Of a DNA stretch of 64,000 nucleotides, positions 11,397-25,361 are shown piece by piece. Numbering within the stretch: the first letter of the stretch is position 1; each line of letters opens with the position of its first letter. The translations under genes and the position numbers were made by a program. Source of the stretch: Octopus sinensis (taxonomy: Eukaryota). The notes below the pieces were generated by a model. That model searched no databases, was not told the origin of the DNA, and saw nothing but the letters and a program-made list of their open reading frames with translations. The stretch covers positions 46,190,001 through 46,254,000 of the forward strand of contig NC_043010.1 in NCBI RefSeq assembly GCF_006345805.1. Direction: 5' to 3'.

Positions 11397-11995
11397 TATT
11401 TATACTTTTATCTGTTTCAAGTTCCACCATTCCAAAAAAGAAAAAGAAAAAGACCTCTTTGGGTAGTTGTCGAGAAGTAGAAAATGAAATGGTTGGTTTT
11501 GTAATACAACAGTAGGACATCTACTATTAGGGAATATAGTTATTCATAGACAATGTCCCTTCCTTGGTGCAAGTAGGGGGTAGTTGGGTAACACTCTAGA
11601 ATAAACAGAGGAAGATCGCAGTAAACTTGATTTTGGCTATTGACTGAGAAAACTCAAGGGAGGTGTAAGTTGTACTGCTTGCTGTATGCCTACAGAATAT
11701 GGGTTTTATATGTGGGCTATGGGTTTTATTTGCAGGCTGTGGGTTTTAAATGCATGCTAAGGGTTTTGAATGCTTGAACATTTCTATAATTTTGAAAATA
11801 TATTTTTTTTAAACCTTTGTTCTTGTTTATGTTCAATTATCATATTTTGAATTGATGCATACACATACATATGCACTCACATGCACACACACATGTATAC
11901 ACATACATGCACACACATTCCCATGTACACAGACACACATACTTATGATAGGTTTCTGCACAGTTTCCAATGACTGAAATTTGCTCAAAGGATAT

Positions 11996-12213
11996 GGCAG
12001 AGTTCATAGCATGCCTGGTGAAATGCTTAGCAGTATTTCGTCCGCCGCTACATTCTGAGTTCAAATTCCGCCAAGGTCGACTTTGCCTTTCATCCTTTCG
12101 GGGTCGATAAATTAAGTACCAGTGACACACTGGGATTGATGTAATCGACTTAATCCCTTTGTTTGTCCCCTCTATGTTTAGCCCCTTGTAAGCAATAAAG
12201 AAATAAGAAACTG
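11996..12213 (+). mobile_element. tRNA-derived SINE family B
   Basis: gaaatgcttagcagtatttcg..ctgagttcaaattccgccaaggtcgactttgcctttcatcc. Related copies: ~540-660, 22951-23160, 26474-26690, 29616-29723, 33830-34040(-), 54640-54830(-), 55520-55690(-). Confidence 0.8.
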
Positions 12214-13966
12214 GAAGAAGCTCATCATATATATAAATGTGTGTGTGTGTATGTGTGTATCTTTGTGTACTTGTGTACGTGTTTGTCCCCCACCACTGCT
12301 TGACAACTGTGCTTGGTGTGTCTATATCCCCATAACTTGGTGATTTGGCAAAAGAGACCAATAGAATTTACAAAAAGATAAGTACTGGTGTTGATTTATT
12401 GGATTTAAAGTTCTTCAAGTCAGTGCCCCATTATGGCTGCAGTCTAATGACTGAAACAAGAAAAAAAAATGTATTGCAAGTTAGTAGCAGTATGGGGTTT
12501 GACTTGAGTGATAAAAGGAGTTTATACATAAACATCATTATAGTAAGGTTTGATTTTATAGTTACTTACTGTGTTCTACCTCTTGTAACATTGGACATGG
12601 AATGAATTGAAAAAGTTATGATGGAATAATGTGGAATGGTAGCATAGAGCTACTTACTCTGACATGAATAACAAGGGAGCTTTTCTATGTTCACTTAACC
12701 TATTAGAAAGAAACAGCAGGCAAATCTCCTTCAGTCAAACCTACCAGTTTAAGAAGAGTACATTAGGTATTGTCACCCAAGATCTTCATTAAAAAACAAA
12801 ATGGTCGTAGTTGGAATGCCTTGGGTCTGGTCAACACTAAGATTAAGATTGCTAAGACTTGTCCATAAAGTTGGCTGTCAGCAGTTAACAGGAAAAAAAG
12901 ATCAAGAAGAGAGACAAAGAGAGAGAGAATTCTATTGTTATGTAAGTAAAATATTTATGACAATATATATATGATATAGATTTATGGTATACAAAATATT
13001 TATGACACTGATAGAACTATTAGTTATCTCTTTAAATTCTTTGGTAATTAACTAAATATTGGCAATATAACAAGAAGGAAATGAATAGTTATGGACAAAC
13101 TGTATTTATTAATGTATTTTGGTCATAGCTTTTTGATACATGCAATAGTTGAAAAGACAATCACACATTCAGTTAGTGTTTACTGTTAATTTTTTTTTCT
13201 AAAATTTTAATGCTTTTCATAATATTTGGCCGTAGATCAAAAATAAGGTCTCCAAAAATATTGAGCACAAAGCAAAAAGCTTAAAAATAGTTATTGTCCA
13301 TTAAGTGAATAGCTTGTATTAACTTCCAAATTGGAATATAATAGGTAGAAGTGCATCTAGAAAGGTTAGCTTGTCTTCAGTGAAGATTGATCAGCTGTAT
13401 GGTAAGAAATTTGCTTCCTGACCACACGGTTTCGGATTCAGTCCTGCAGCATGGTACCTTGGGCAAGTATGTATACCTGTGGCCCTGGGCCAACCAAAGC
13501 CTTGTGAGCAGATTTGATAGGTGGAAAGTGAAGGAAGCCCATTATGTGTGTGTATATTGATATGTATGTATGTATCTGTCTTTGTGTCTGTCCCTCACTG
13601 CTTCACAACCGGTGTTGTTCTTTTTTTTTTTTTTTACATCCTCCGTAACAAAGCAGTTTAGCAAAAAGTGACTGATAGAAGAAGAACCAGAGTATTTTTT
13701 ATACTAGGGTCAATTTAATCAACTAAAACCCCTTCTGAGTGGTGCACCAGCATGGCTGTAGTCATGTATCTGAAATGGATAAAAGATGAAGGCTGATAGC
13801 ATCACAAACATAACTTAAGACATCTCTTGCATGAACTACACTTCCTTGTTAACCACCTTCCCAGTTATAAAACGCGTGCATCATCATCATTGTCATTTTT
13901 ATGTCCATTTTCCATGCTGTCATGATTCAAACGGGTCATTGTGGTCAGTTTTTATCCAAAAGTGAA

Positions 13967-14850
13967 GGGGCATGACATGGTGGTTAGCATATTTGTCTCA
14001 CAAACATAAGGTCATGAGTTTGATTTCTGGCAGTGTGTTGTGTCCTTGAGCAAGACACTTTATTTCATATTGTTCCAGTTCACTTAGCTGGCAAAAATGT
14101 GAAGTACCTGTCTTTAAAAGGGCCAACCTGATCACATTTCAGGTCATGTGGAATCTCCCAGAGAACTATTGGGTTGTCCAGAAAGTTTGTGCTGATTTTT
14201 AAAGGAAAGAAAAAGGTCAATGAATACTTGCCATTACATTTTAATCAACCAGATATGAACCATTTTGTTGTACAATGCGTCTCTATCTTTCCTTTAAGTT
14301 GAAAATATCCTCTTCATAGAATTGAGGTTGTTTCATGGCAAAGAATTCATCAAGGTATCTTTTTACATCCTCCAAGGAATTGAAATTTTTACCATTAAGA
14401 CTATTCTGCAGAGACTTGAATAAGTGGAAATCTGAAGGAGCAATATCTGGTGAATTTGGAGAGTGGGGTAACACATCACAGCCGAGCTGCAGCAATATTT
14501 GTCTGGTTCCCAAAGCATCAAGTACCGAAAATGAACTTTCTTATCTTCCAATTTAAAGGGTTACAGAATTAACACAGGTTATAGGAACATAAACCTTCTT
14601 CCACGAAAAGATAGCTTAAACTGTGCTCTAAATGGAGGTGTAGTTAAATCCTATTTTATGGACTCAACCATGTTCTAAAATAAGTGGAAAGGTAAGCTAC
14701 TATAAATCAGCACAAACTTTCCGGACAACCCAATACATTAAGGGTACGCATTTCTGTGGAGCGCTTTTCCACATGCAGATTAATTTCATGAGCAGGCTGT
14801 TCTATCGACTAGATTGATTGGAACCCTCATCATTGCAACTGTTGGAGTAC
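13967..14850 (+). mobile_element. tRNA-derived SINE family C, split by a mariner insertion
   Basis: tRNA-like head and core tgtgtccttgagcaagacactttatttca. The sequence resumes after 14735. Confidence 0.7.
14169..14733 (-). mobile_element. Internally deleted mariner with both TIRs
   Basis: 33-bp TIRs ttgggttgtcc(a/g)gaaagtttgtgctgattt(t/a)ta and TA TSDs at 14167-68 and 14734-35. The ORF LPHSPNSPDIAPSDFHLFKSLQNSL matches the mariner YSPDLAPSD region. Confidence 0.95.
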
Positions 14851-15138
14851 CAGTATCCAAAATTACTGCCTTTCTAAACTGGTTGGAAGACTGTACTTTT
14901 TGTATGTCTCAGTTTTGCCCTGCTGATGTTTAATAGTGCTGCAAATAAACCAGGTTACTTCTGACTCTATAGCAGATTGTAAGATGCCTGCAGGCATTTG
15001 ACTTCCATTATTGAAAGCATATAAACAGACACTAACACCTGGAAGAAAATGTTGTCACATGGTCTTGTAATATACAATTAAATGTTCTCATCCAGTTTGG
15101 AAATGAGATATTTTCTACAGCAACATTTGAGAATAGAG

Positions 15139-15364
15139 TTAACCTTTTAGCATTCTGGATATTGTGAAATGTAATGCTTATTTATACACACTGTTTTGAA
15201 TTAATCATGAATTGTCTTGTAGCTTCAAGATTTTGATGACGTGGTAGTTTATTTTTAGAATGACATTGTAAGGCAGGTGTGAGAGGTCTGGTTTGGCCTG
15301 TTTAAACGTAAAGCATGTACAGTATTTTAGCTAGATATGACTGGTTTACATATTAAAGGGTTAA
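15139..15364 (+). mobile_element. TTAA MITE family A
   Basis: ttaaccttttagcatt ... tattaaagggttaa. Confidence 0.75.
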
Positions 15365-17089
15365 ATGCACTAATTTAGATACTACATTTGGTGGAGAATC
15401 TGTTTACACAGCCGTGTAATTATCAAAAGTTTTATACTTCTGATAAGTCTGATATCTCTATTATTATTATTGTCTGCGTAATGATTATTAGATGTTAGTG
15501 ATATATTTAATGGCAATGATTTTATTGAAAAACATGTTTTCATGATGTATTGTAAGACAGTTTGTTGGGTTAATGCCAAAGTTATGGGGTGGGCAATTTA
15601 GGAAAGTGACTCATCTGTTCTTTCTTTTTTTTTTTTTTCTGTCATGGCATCAGTGTTTATAATCAACAGTAAAAGAGCTAGCTGAATAATTTCAGTTTTG
15701 ATGATAATTCGCCATATGCTCTTTTTGTGTATCAGTCTAATTTCTTTCATTAATCTATGACTAGTTTTCTTAAGTAGGTAGCTTTTAAGTTGCTTTCAAC
15801 TTTTATAAAATCTGCTTAACATTTTAGATAGTTACTTCAAATAAATACTACAAAAGCAAGAAGGAATGGTTGAGATTTAAAAAGTGAAAAAAAAAAAAAA
15901 ATGGGAAAAAGTCCCATACTGACTAAACCTACCCTAATGTATTACAGTGATTACTAATATTGTGTTAGTGCATGAGTAAGATATTATCTACATTTCCTTA
16001 TCACTCTCCACTTATCTAACATGTTCATCATCACCATCTTCATCATCATTATACACCCACTTTCCATGCTTGCAATGAGTTGAATGGATCAGTTCTTATC
16101 CAAATTTCCTGCCTTCTTCAACAGATTGGCAAACCATGTCTTGTTCATATGTTTCATTTTTACCTTCTTTTCTCTAGTTGGATACGCCTAAACAATTATT
16201 TTGAATTACTCATGCATTATCTTGTATCTTGATGATGTAATTGCTTATTTTCATATTGACATTGTGGGGTAGGTGTGAGAGGCCAGATCTTGCCAATTTA
16301 GATACTAAAGGATTAACCATAGCTTTTTTAAATTTATTTATACTTTACTTTTCATCCAGGTTAACATTCACTTCCAGTTGATCATGTCATGTGTCTCTTA
16401 TTTCTCTATCATTTGCATTCACCCTCATTACCATGAAACATCATATTTTTAGCACACTCTTTTGCATACTCATCTTTTGCATACTCATTGTTTACTCTGT
16501 GTAAACAACACTGAAAATACAGTAACTTATTTCCTATGCATCAAGCAAAGTTACTTCCTAGATGACACAAGATTTCATGCTCTCCTTCATATTTCTAATT
16601 AGTATTTTGATGTCTGAAATGCTCACTTTAAATCTTTAAACTCTAGGCTTTGTTTCCTCTTTGTTTGTATTATTGTAGTAGGCAACCATAACAATGTAAC
16701 TATGAACATACTTCTCTCAAATGATGTATATTACTGTACAATTTGGAATACATCATGCCTTTCATCTTCATGATGCAGAACAATAGCAGATTACTTATAC
16801 ACACAGCTAGACACACTCAGGTATTTTATTCCTTGCTAAACTTCATGGTATCACTTTTTACTTTCACTTTTCTTATGCTCATCTAACTTAGTTATTGCCA
16901 CCTACTTATCTACTCTGTTATTACCATTGAATGGCTTGATTTATTGGTTGGAACCCTGCTCGAGCTACTGAACTAGACTGTGACTCTATAAATCATTCAT
17001 TTTCTTGTAGTTTTGTATTTTCCATTCTCCTTATGGAGCAGAAGCATGGCCCTTCTCGAAAGACCCTGGCAAAAAAGATCAACAGTTGA

Positions 17090-17430
17090 TAGAGCACTGG
17101 GAACCATCAAAAACATCAGATAATACCATCATGTTTCCAACAAAGAACTGCATGCACACACGTATCAGCTCACAGCCTCCCACTGCATAGCTATCTGCCA
17201 CATGCACTGGTATGGACTTGTCCTCTGTCTCCTGCTAGATAATCCTATCAAGGCTTTACTCTCATTCAATGCAGCAGCTGTGAGCTGGAAGAGGCCTTGT
17301 AGCATGCCCTACACCAGTTGGCTGGATATGATTGAGGGAGATCTCCAGAAGCTCAACATCACCTTTGTGGTTGCAGAGGGGCTGACATGGGACCACTAGT
17401 GAGGAAGAGCACTGGTAGACCTGGTTGGCT
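17090..17430 (+). mobile_element. Degenerate RTE LINE ORF C-terminus
   Basis: HWYGLVL..WKRP..TSWLDMIEGDLQKLNI resembles the RTE motif LRWyGHV..RPrGRP..W.D...DL. Confidence 0.6.
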
Positions 17431-17649
17431 CTATGCATGATGACACCTCTGGGACCACTGACTTGGAATGACCTCAGTTACACAAGCAAGAGCATGAAGC
17501 CAAGCTAAGCCATTTCTTATTTTATTACAGTATTTTGTGAAAATTTCTAAAAACAAGAGCCTGTTTTAACTTCCATACCTTCCTTCTAACTTGTCTTTTG
17601 CTTTTGAGTCTATATTCTCCTTAGTTTAAATTTACTTACTAACAACCTA

Positions 17650-18460
17650 GGGTGAGTTGTAAATTCTTCATCTTCAGCCTGTCTCAATTTCCTGTAAGTA
17701 CAGATTCAATCTGGGTCACATGCTTATCTTTGGGCCAACTAGTTTTGTGAAGCTTGTGTTATAAATACTTAGACCATTTGCATTTGGTCCTTCATTTCTT
17801 GAATCCTGACTAAAGCTTCCAATCTTACCAGTTTACTTGTCCTGGTGTTTCCTAACATGACTGTCACCATCTTGGGTTGATAAGAAAGCTTTTACATGGT
17901 CACTCTATCTGCAAGACATAGCAGCTATACCTCCTTCAAATTACATCCTATTGACTTTGCCCCTCAAATAAGAGGATGGTCATGGCTGGAATGCCTTAAG
18001 GTCATAGACCTGCTCAATCAAAATATGCCTAGGGTTAAACAACTATCACTATCATCAATTTTCCAAGTACCCTATGCATATCAAACTGGGATACATCATT
18101 CTCAGGCTTAAAGAACTCATCCTTTTTGTACCATCCTACTGCAAGAGGAGGAAGCCATAAAATCATACATGCTATCATGAAATCTTTATCATCTTCTGAA
18201 TTAAACCATTTTATGTATCCTGGTAACCCTAATTACTCCAACCATCCATTTCTCTGTTAAAAGTACACTTACACCATCAATACTAGAGTTGTTACCCACT
18301 CAGAAGAATTTGTGTTTGTGTTCCTTGCTGATATGGAGTTTGGCAGAAACTTCTCTTCATCTCATCTCGTTTCTATAACTCATTTGTATCCAGTCTAATA
18401 TCTCTACAATCTCACCAGACGTACTCTTCAATGTGCTATCATGAATAAGTAGAAGTCTCC
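17650..18460 (-). mobile_element. Degenerate RTE AP-endonuclease region, interrupted at ~17880-18100
   Basis: STLKSTSGEIVEIL..EMR*REVSAK..KEHKHKFF*VGNNSSIDGVSVLLTEKW..QKDEFF, then IGSFSQDSRNEG..NGLSIYNTSF..TQIESVL. Confidence 0.7.
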
Positions 18461-19016
18461 TGCAGTAGTTGAGTTTAATATCAGCTTCATGCAATTCTTT
18501 CAAACTAAATATTGTTGAAATAGTAGTTGATTCATTGTAAAGTTATCAACCCCTCCCCCTATACACTATTTAAAATGTTTGTGTATTGGAAGAGGAGGAG
18601 GTATTTTATGATGTTGTTTGAGATTATAGTAAAACTCAATAAAACAGTAAAGAAAATAATCTATGCTTTGATAATCAGACAAGAAAAATATTCACAGCTA
18701 TTTATTTATAAACAGTTTTTAACCAAATTACTTGTTTTAATGTTTTCATATCTGATGGCAAACTTGATTTTGGTGTAAAATCAAAGATAAATGAAATACA
18801 TTCAAAAGCTTCAGAATATCACAGTTTATTTTTCTTAAGCTAGAAGCAATAATTATTGAGCAGTTTAAGCTGGAAGATGTGTAATCCAGCTAAGCATGGC
18901 AAAATACACTTAATTAAAATCATAATGACTAGATAAGTAAGCTGATCTTTTGGTCTACGAAAGTGCAGCAAAGGCTATTTGGATTGTGAGCATGAATGGC
19001 AGAAGTTTGTTTGTAT

Positions 19017-19465
19017 CAGGAGTTCTCTATAATTTTTTTTATCTATGGACCCTTTTGATTACTTTATTTTTTTGGTGGACCTCTGTAGCTATTCAATGTT
19101 TAAGAAACTAATTTTATAGAAACTTCTTTGAAAATTCCTATTTTGTTTTTCACACATTAACTTGTGTAGGTTGAACTGTGTAAAATGTTAAAGAAACCTA
19201 GCTGTTTCTTGCAATACATACCAATACATACATCAACTTGTGTAGGTTCACACATTAACTTGTATAAGTTGAACTGTGTAAAATGTTAGAGAAGAGAAAC
19301 TTAGCTTTTTCTTGCGATAGATACCAATGTATACATCTAAAGCAACATTTTTTCAGGGGCCCTTAAAATACTAATGCAGATCCCCAATTTATTATTTTGT
19401 TGTGTGAACCTCAAAAATCTTATATGGACCCTCAGGGGCATATGAACCCCAGTTGAGAACCACTG
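19017..19465. mobile_element. hAT-like non-autonomous element with an internal ~90-bp tandem duplication
   Basis: Termini caggagttctc ... gttgagaaccactg. The 8-bp flanks gtttgtat/gcttatat match at 6/8. Confidence 0.6.
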
Positions 19466-19520
19466 GCTTATATTATATGACTAATTGGCAGCTTGTTTTT
19501 GATCACTAGATCAACCTTGA

Positions 19521-19747
19521 TTAACCTTTTAGCATTTAAACCAGACATGTCCAACATCAAATTGTTTACTTTTTTATGTTCAAACTGGCCAGATCTACCT
19601 CTCACACCTTCTTAACAATGTCATTGTAAAAACCAACAATCACATCATTGAAATCTCAAAGCTATCATATAATGCATAATTCATTCAAAACGATGTGAAT
19701 GAATATGTATTACATTTGACTGAGTAATCTGAATGCTAAATAGTTAA
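19521..19747 (-). mobile_element. TTAA MITE family A
   Basis: Reverse complement of 664-892, with TTAA at both ends. Confidence 0.75.
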
Positions 19748-19808
19748 AGTAGACAGACCTATAAATTAAAAATATTTCGGTTATGAATCACCCAGGTTTT
19801 ATTTTTGT

Positions 19809-20038
19809 TTAACCCTTTCATTACTATATTTATTTTGAGATGCTCATTGTTTCTTTCAATTACTTTAAATATATAACAAAGAATTTAGTAAAATAACTTT
19901 GTTTTCATTCAGCTGGTGTTAGGAACATAAATTGTGACTAAGGTTTGGTGGAAGATTTTAATTCAAAACTTTTGAAAACAAGACATTTGTACTCAGAGCC
20001 AGAGCTGGTTTCAGCCGGGTTTGTAATGAAAGGGTTAA
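19809..20038. mobile_element. TTAA MITE family B
   Basis: Perfect ends ttaaccctttcattac / gtaatgaaagggttaa. Other copies lie at 44630-44857 and, degenerate, at ~24030-24240. Confidence 0.85.
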
Positions 20039-20496
20039 GGCTTACATTATTCACTGTATCTTATTCCTATTTTTAAGACAGTTGGATGTGATTTCAATTG
20101 ACAACATAAAGGCTGCCTTATGTTCAACTATACTAGAACAATCCAGAACTGTCATATCATAACAGACTTCACACAACATTTTGTTTGCATAGATAATATT
20201 AACCTTAAAAAAATATAGAAATGAAATAACGATTTCTTACATTGAAACAAAGCCACACATTTACAAAGGTAGAAAATAAAATTGATTTGCTTGCTGATAA
20301 TTATTTTATCAACCCTGAAGAGATAAAAAAAAAAAAAAGTAACTGCCAACATTGAAGGGATTTGATCGCAGTGTAAAGAAACAGATTAGATTCTACAAAT
20401 CTGGTATTTTGCCAATTCTGTTATTCACTACCTTCAGTAATACAGTAATAATGTTAACCAATTTTTTGTATGTCTTGCATAATTGACTATTTTCAG

Positions 20497-20542
20497 AAAA
20501 TGTTGCCCAAGTTCTATAATTGGTGTCACAACTCTGGGGTAG
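20497..20542 (+). CDS. Candidate small exon (unverified)
   Basis: Acceptor ttgactattttcag and donor ag|gtaaat; KMLPKFYNWCHNSGV is open. No homology recognised. Confidence 0.15.
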
Positions 20543-20682
20543 GTAAATAAATTATGTAGAACAATAAAACACAAGTCCTATATGAAGGCAGATTTTTGTT
20601 TTAACGTTAGTGTATATCCCATAACTCAATGGACTGCTTTGGAATTACTAAAATTGTCGTCTTCTTGTAGTAACATACCACT

Positions 20683-20994
20683 TTTTTTTTTTTGTCGCCC
20701 TTTTCAAGCCTAGCCAGGCTCATGGGCCCAGTTTCCCGGTTTCAATGGTGTATGTGTTCCCCACCTGGATGGGATGCCAGTCCATCGCAGCATTACTCAA
20801 GAAACAAGAAGACAGAGTGAGAGAAAGTTGTGGTGAAAGAGTACAACAGGGGTTGCCACTACCCCCTGCTGGAGTCTCATGGAGCTTTTAGGTGTTTTCA
20901 CTCAATAAACACGCACAACGCTCAGTCTGGGAATCGAAACTGTGATCCTCCGACCGCGAGTCTGCCGTCCTAACCACTGGGCCATTGCGCCTCC
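20683..20994 (-). mobile_element. Full-length tRNA-derived SINE family D with poly(A) tail and TSD
   Basis: Head ggaggcgcaatggcccagtggttagg..gtttcgattccc and an A-tail. The TSD AACATACCACT is at 20672-20682 and 20995-21005. Confidence 0.9.
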
Positions 20995-23900
20995 AACATA
21001 CCACTAGCACTTACAATTAATGGGGATACCATCACACTTCAAGCTGTATCTACAGTAAGATTTAAATACGTTGCTCTATGTTACTGGTATCAGTGTTGAT
21101 CAGTGTTTACAACAGTGAAGTGTTCTAACCTCAGTTAAGAAGACTAAGAGTTAAAAAGTATTAGCTGTTGTCACAGTACAGTATTAAGCGTGGCTGTGTG
21201 GCAACAAGCTTGCTTCCCAACCACATGGTTCCAAGTTCAGTCTCACTGCATAGCAACTTGGGCAAGTGTCTTCTACTATAGTCTCAGGCTGACCAAAGTC
21301 TTGTGAGTGAATTTGGTAGATGGAAACTGAAAGAAGCCAGTCATGTGTGTGTGTCTTTGTGCTTATGTCCGTGTAACTCAGCAGTTTAGCAGAAGAGACT
21401 GATAAGTACTAGGCTTAAAAATTTAGATAAGTTCTGAGGTCAATTTGTCCAACTAAGAAACTCTTGATGGCAGTGCCCCAGCATAGATGCAGTCAAATGA
21501 CTAAAACAAGTAAAAGATATAAAAAAAAAAGATAAGATACCAGTCACAGGCAGACTGACTGGCACACCAACAAAAAATTATCTAGAATTTTTTTCTTTTT
21601 TAGTGTGGCCCACCTGAGGAAGTATGAGCCATGTCTCATGTAGCCTGCTTCTCATTAAAGGTTGACCATGTCTTGACTATGCAAATATGCTGCTTCTTCA
21701 CTATGCAAATTTATTGCCTCTATGCCAGTCATGGGTAAACTGCATGTCACAAGACTTTCTGAATGACACACCAACGAAACATACTTAGAATTTTTTTTCC
21801 TTTTTTAGCAATGTGGTTCACCTGATTATGGATGTGGCCCGCTTCTTGATAAAGCTTACCCATACCTTGATTATGCAAATCTATTGCCTCTTCACCGGTA
21901 ATCTGCCACCTTATCTATTCAGCTGTGATTTTTTTTTTTTTTTTTACATAATTAGAGGAACTTCTAAAAGTTCTAATTTAGAAAATGTTAATGTTATACT
22001 TGTTGCTTTCTATTTTCACTCAAAATTTTATGATTTGCTTCTGGTATAAGCAAAAATGTTGTATCCTGATAATTACAGCTCTAAGTTCAATCCTTTTTCT
22101 AAATGGTAGCAAGGAAATCAATACTATTATGCTAATAAATATTACAATTTAGTGGAAACTTGATGTGATGTAAATCAAAGAAAACTTGAAAAGTAATCAA
22201 ACCTCTCTGGCAAACATTGCGGTTGATAAAAACCTGATTAAATGCAGCTTGGCTTCTTCTTTAATTTATGCCAATATTAATGAGGAAATCTAGCATTAAA
22301 CTTGAGTGTGATTATCTATTTTCTAGGCACATTGAAATTTGCTTTTTCATTAACCATTTCAATATTGTATGTGTATACTTGTATTTTGTCTTGAAAATAT
22401 ATTATTTTAACTTTTTGACTGCAATAGCTGTCAAGGGAGTATTGCAGAGTTTGTTTTTTCACATGTATATATTAACATTTATAAGGAGAAAAAAATTAGG
22501 AGTTCATGTTTTTCCCCAAAAGTTCATACTTTTCCCAAAATTCAATTTTTATACTTACAACAATTGTCACACTATCTCTCCCTAATTTTCATTAGCTTTT
22601 CACTTCCATCTTGTAATCAAATTATGTCATGCTTCTGTTTTTTTTATACAGTAGAGGTGTACACTGATGCAGCATTTGTAATTATTTTCAAGTGCATCTT
22701 TCTTGGAAAATACTGCTGTGGTCATCATTGTTATTGCCATTCCTATATCTCTTTCTTCCCAATGGAAAGGATTGGATCAATTTGCAGTATAACAGTGTCC
22801 ACGTTGACTCGACTCCAAGTGATTACAAAACCCCATCAGTTTTGTTAATAACTTTACTGGTGTTTCTGTTTTGGCTGGTATCTTTTACAAATAAATGTCT
22901 TTTCTAGTATAAATTACCTTGAAGAATGCATTTCTTTTTTATTATCTGTTACTTTGAAAGCAGCAAGCTGGTAGAATTGTTGCATTCCAGGGAAAATGCT
23001 TAGCCAGAGTTCATCTAACACTTTACATTCTGAGTTCCACCAAGGTCAACTTTGCCTTTTGGGATCAATAATTTAAGTACCAGTTGAACACCGGAGTCTC
23101 TGTAATCAACTTTGCCACTTCCAACAAAATTCAGGTCCTGTGCCTATTGTAAAAATATTTATTAGGTGATAGAGAGCTGCAGTATTCATGTTTTTTTTAA
23201 AAGTTCCTGCTAAGCTGGAGAATATAGATATAAATGGGTGAGATAGTGCAGTTAAAATGTCTTTGTAGTATATTTGTTTTTGAGGTTAAAATGTGGGTAG
23301 AGGGAGCTGTCTCTGAGAATAGAATTTCTGGAGGGGAAAAAATGTGGTTAAATTGTTAGTATAAAGCCTAGGAGGTGTCATAGAGAAGGGGAGGAGAGAA
23401 ATGGCTATGTGGATTTAAGTGAGAGTAGTATAGAACTGGCAAATTTAAGGAATATGGTAGTAGCAGAGCCAGAGGCATTTAGTGCTCTGAGTACATTCCT
23501 GGAAGGTATAATATTTGTATTAAATGTTAATAAAATATTCAGAATATATTCTCATTCTATTTAACTGGTTTTTTTTTTAGTTCTTAGTCATTTTGTTTCT
23601 AAAACATTTATTGGTCTTAAAGTCATTTCTTCAAACGAATTTGTACTCTCCATAAAATGTTGAGTTTTCTCAGTGATTTATGAATTACTGTTTCCAGTTA
23701 CTCTAATTTTGTTTATGGCGGATGGTATCATGGTATTATATTTCTAATAGTATTACTTACTCTTTATATGTATTGTTTTATTTAAAAACTCTAAAGAAAA
23801 AAAAACCTTTTTTTGTTTTTGTCAAAAAAAAAAAAGAAAAACTAATACCGTTTGATCCTTTTCATATATTTTTTACTACAGTTGCTTTCTGCAAGTTTCT

Positions 23901-25292
23901 GTTTGCCTTTAAATACAAGAATAGAATATTCATAATGAAATATTGTATATAAACAGAAACAAAAAGTATTTGGTTATGCTACAAGAAATTATAAACCACT
24001 GCTATTTTTGTAGTTTAGAGATACATCCTTAACTCTTTCACTACCAATATTTCTGTCAAAATACATTCCCCATGTTTTAAAATAATTTTGGAACTAATGA
24101 AGAATTTAGTAAAATAACTTTGGTTATTAGTGTTTGGAACATAAATTTATATGAAATTTTGATGGAAGGTTTTAGTTTAAATCACTTTATATTATAGAAT
24201 GTGGGTCAGTCTCAGGCAGGCTGGTATCAAAAGGACTCAATGTTTTGAAACTGACCTAAGTTTGCATTATACTTCAGACAGATTCAATTCTGAGTTGCTG
24301 AAGCAAAAATATCGTTATAGCAAGTATTCTGCTTAATATCACTGATTTGTTTGTTACAAGGTCTTAACCACTTAGCATGTCCTTTAGTGGCTGAGAATAT
24401 GTGTATCTCTGATCACGAGCAGGAGTAGTAGGAGGGAGCATCATAGCCATGTGTTGAGAGGGATTCTTTGAATAAATATAAATGTAACAAAAGCAAAGTT
24501 TAAAGGAAATATTATCCATTTTTCATACTTACTAGGGGTAAGCAAATAGGAAATAACAGTTGTTACTAAAAGACAAAAAATCGTGTGACACAGTATTGTT
24601 ACATGACTGCCGTTAGTTCAGCAAAACAAATAATCTGGCACTGGACTGGAACCAGGGGTGCTGGAAAATTAGTGCTACACAGATTGATGTTAAAAGAGGT
24701 AACTAACTGTTGTGACAAATTTCCCTCAGTATTTCAAAGATGATTGTCCAAGAAAGCATGTATCTATACTGTAGAATTCAGTGTTTATACAGACGCATAA
24801 TTAAAATAACAGCAGGCAGTATTTCTATAACCTTTACTAATACTAAAATTAATTTTGAAATGCTAATATACTTTGTAAATTAGCAGTGTGTTAAATATTC
24901 TGTTTTTAGTTGTTTTTATTTATTTTCTTTTTTTTTTTTTGCTTTTAAATAAATTAAAATTATTGATCAGAAGCATATATATATATATCTTCAGAATTCT
25001 ATATGAGATTTTTAGGAAATTTTGCTGTTATTTCTAGCTATATGATCAACCATACAGAAGCTCACACATTGGCTCAAACAAATTTGTTTTCCTTCAAGTG
25101 AGGTTTGCTTAGACTGTTGCTATATTAGTGTTGAAATTAGCTACTTTAATTACTTGTCCTACTCCACTTCAGTGTAAAACATTAACTAAGTGTTCCTGAT
25201 GTTTCTTTGAAGTAAGCCAGTGAAATAATTTTCTATTATCTGGCTAATGAAGCAAGTGCATTGATCTCATAAACTATTATTGCAACTTCTAG

Positions 25293-25352
25293 AGTTTCAA
25301 AATTCATATCCACTAAAATATGCACTTGTAGAAGAGAAACTTATAATATTTG
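25293..25352 (+). CDS. Candidate 60-bp internal exon (unverified)
   Basis: cttctag| ... |gtaagt. The phase-1 frame (E)FQNSYPLKYALVEEKLIIF is open. Confidence 0.3.
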
Positions 25353-25361
25353 GTAAGTGTA

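Noticed and set aside
21567-21895. Tandem ~200-bp diverged duplication as mutually exclusive exons
   Set aside because: The duplication is real, but I found no matching donors or shared open frame.
23200-23520. Antisense CR1/L2 RT remnant
   Set aside because: The purine skew is suggestive, but RT motifs could not be read convincingly.
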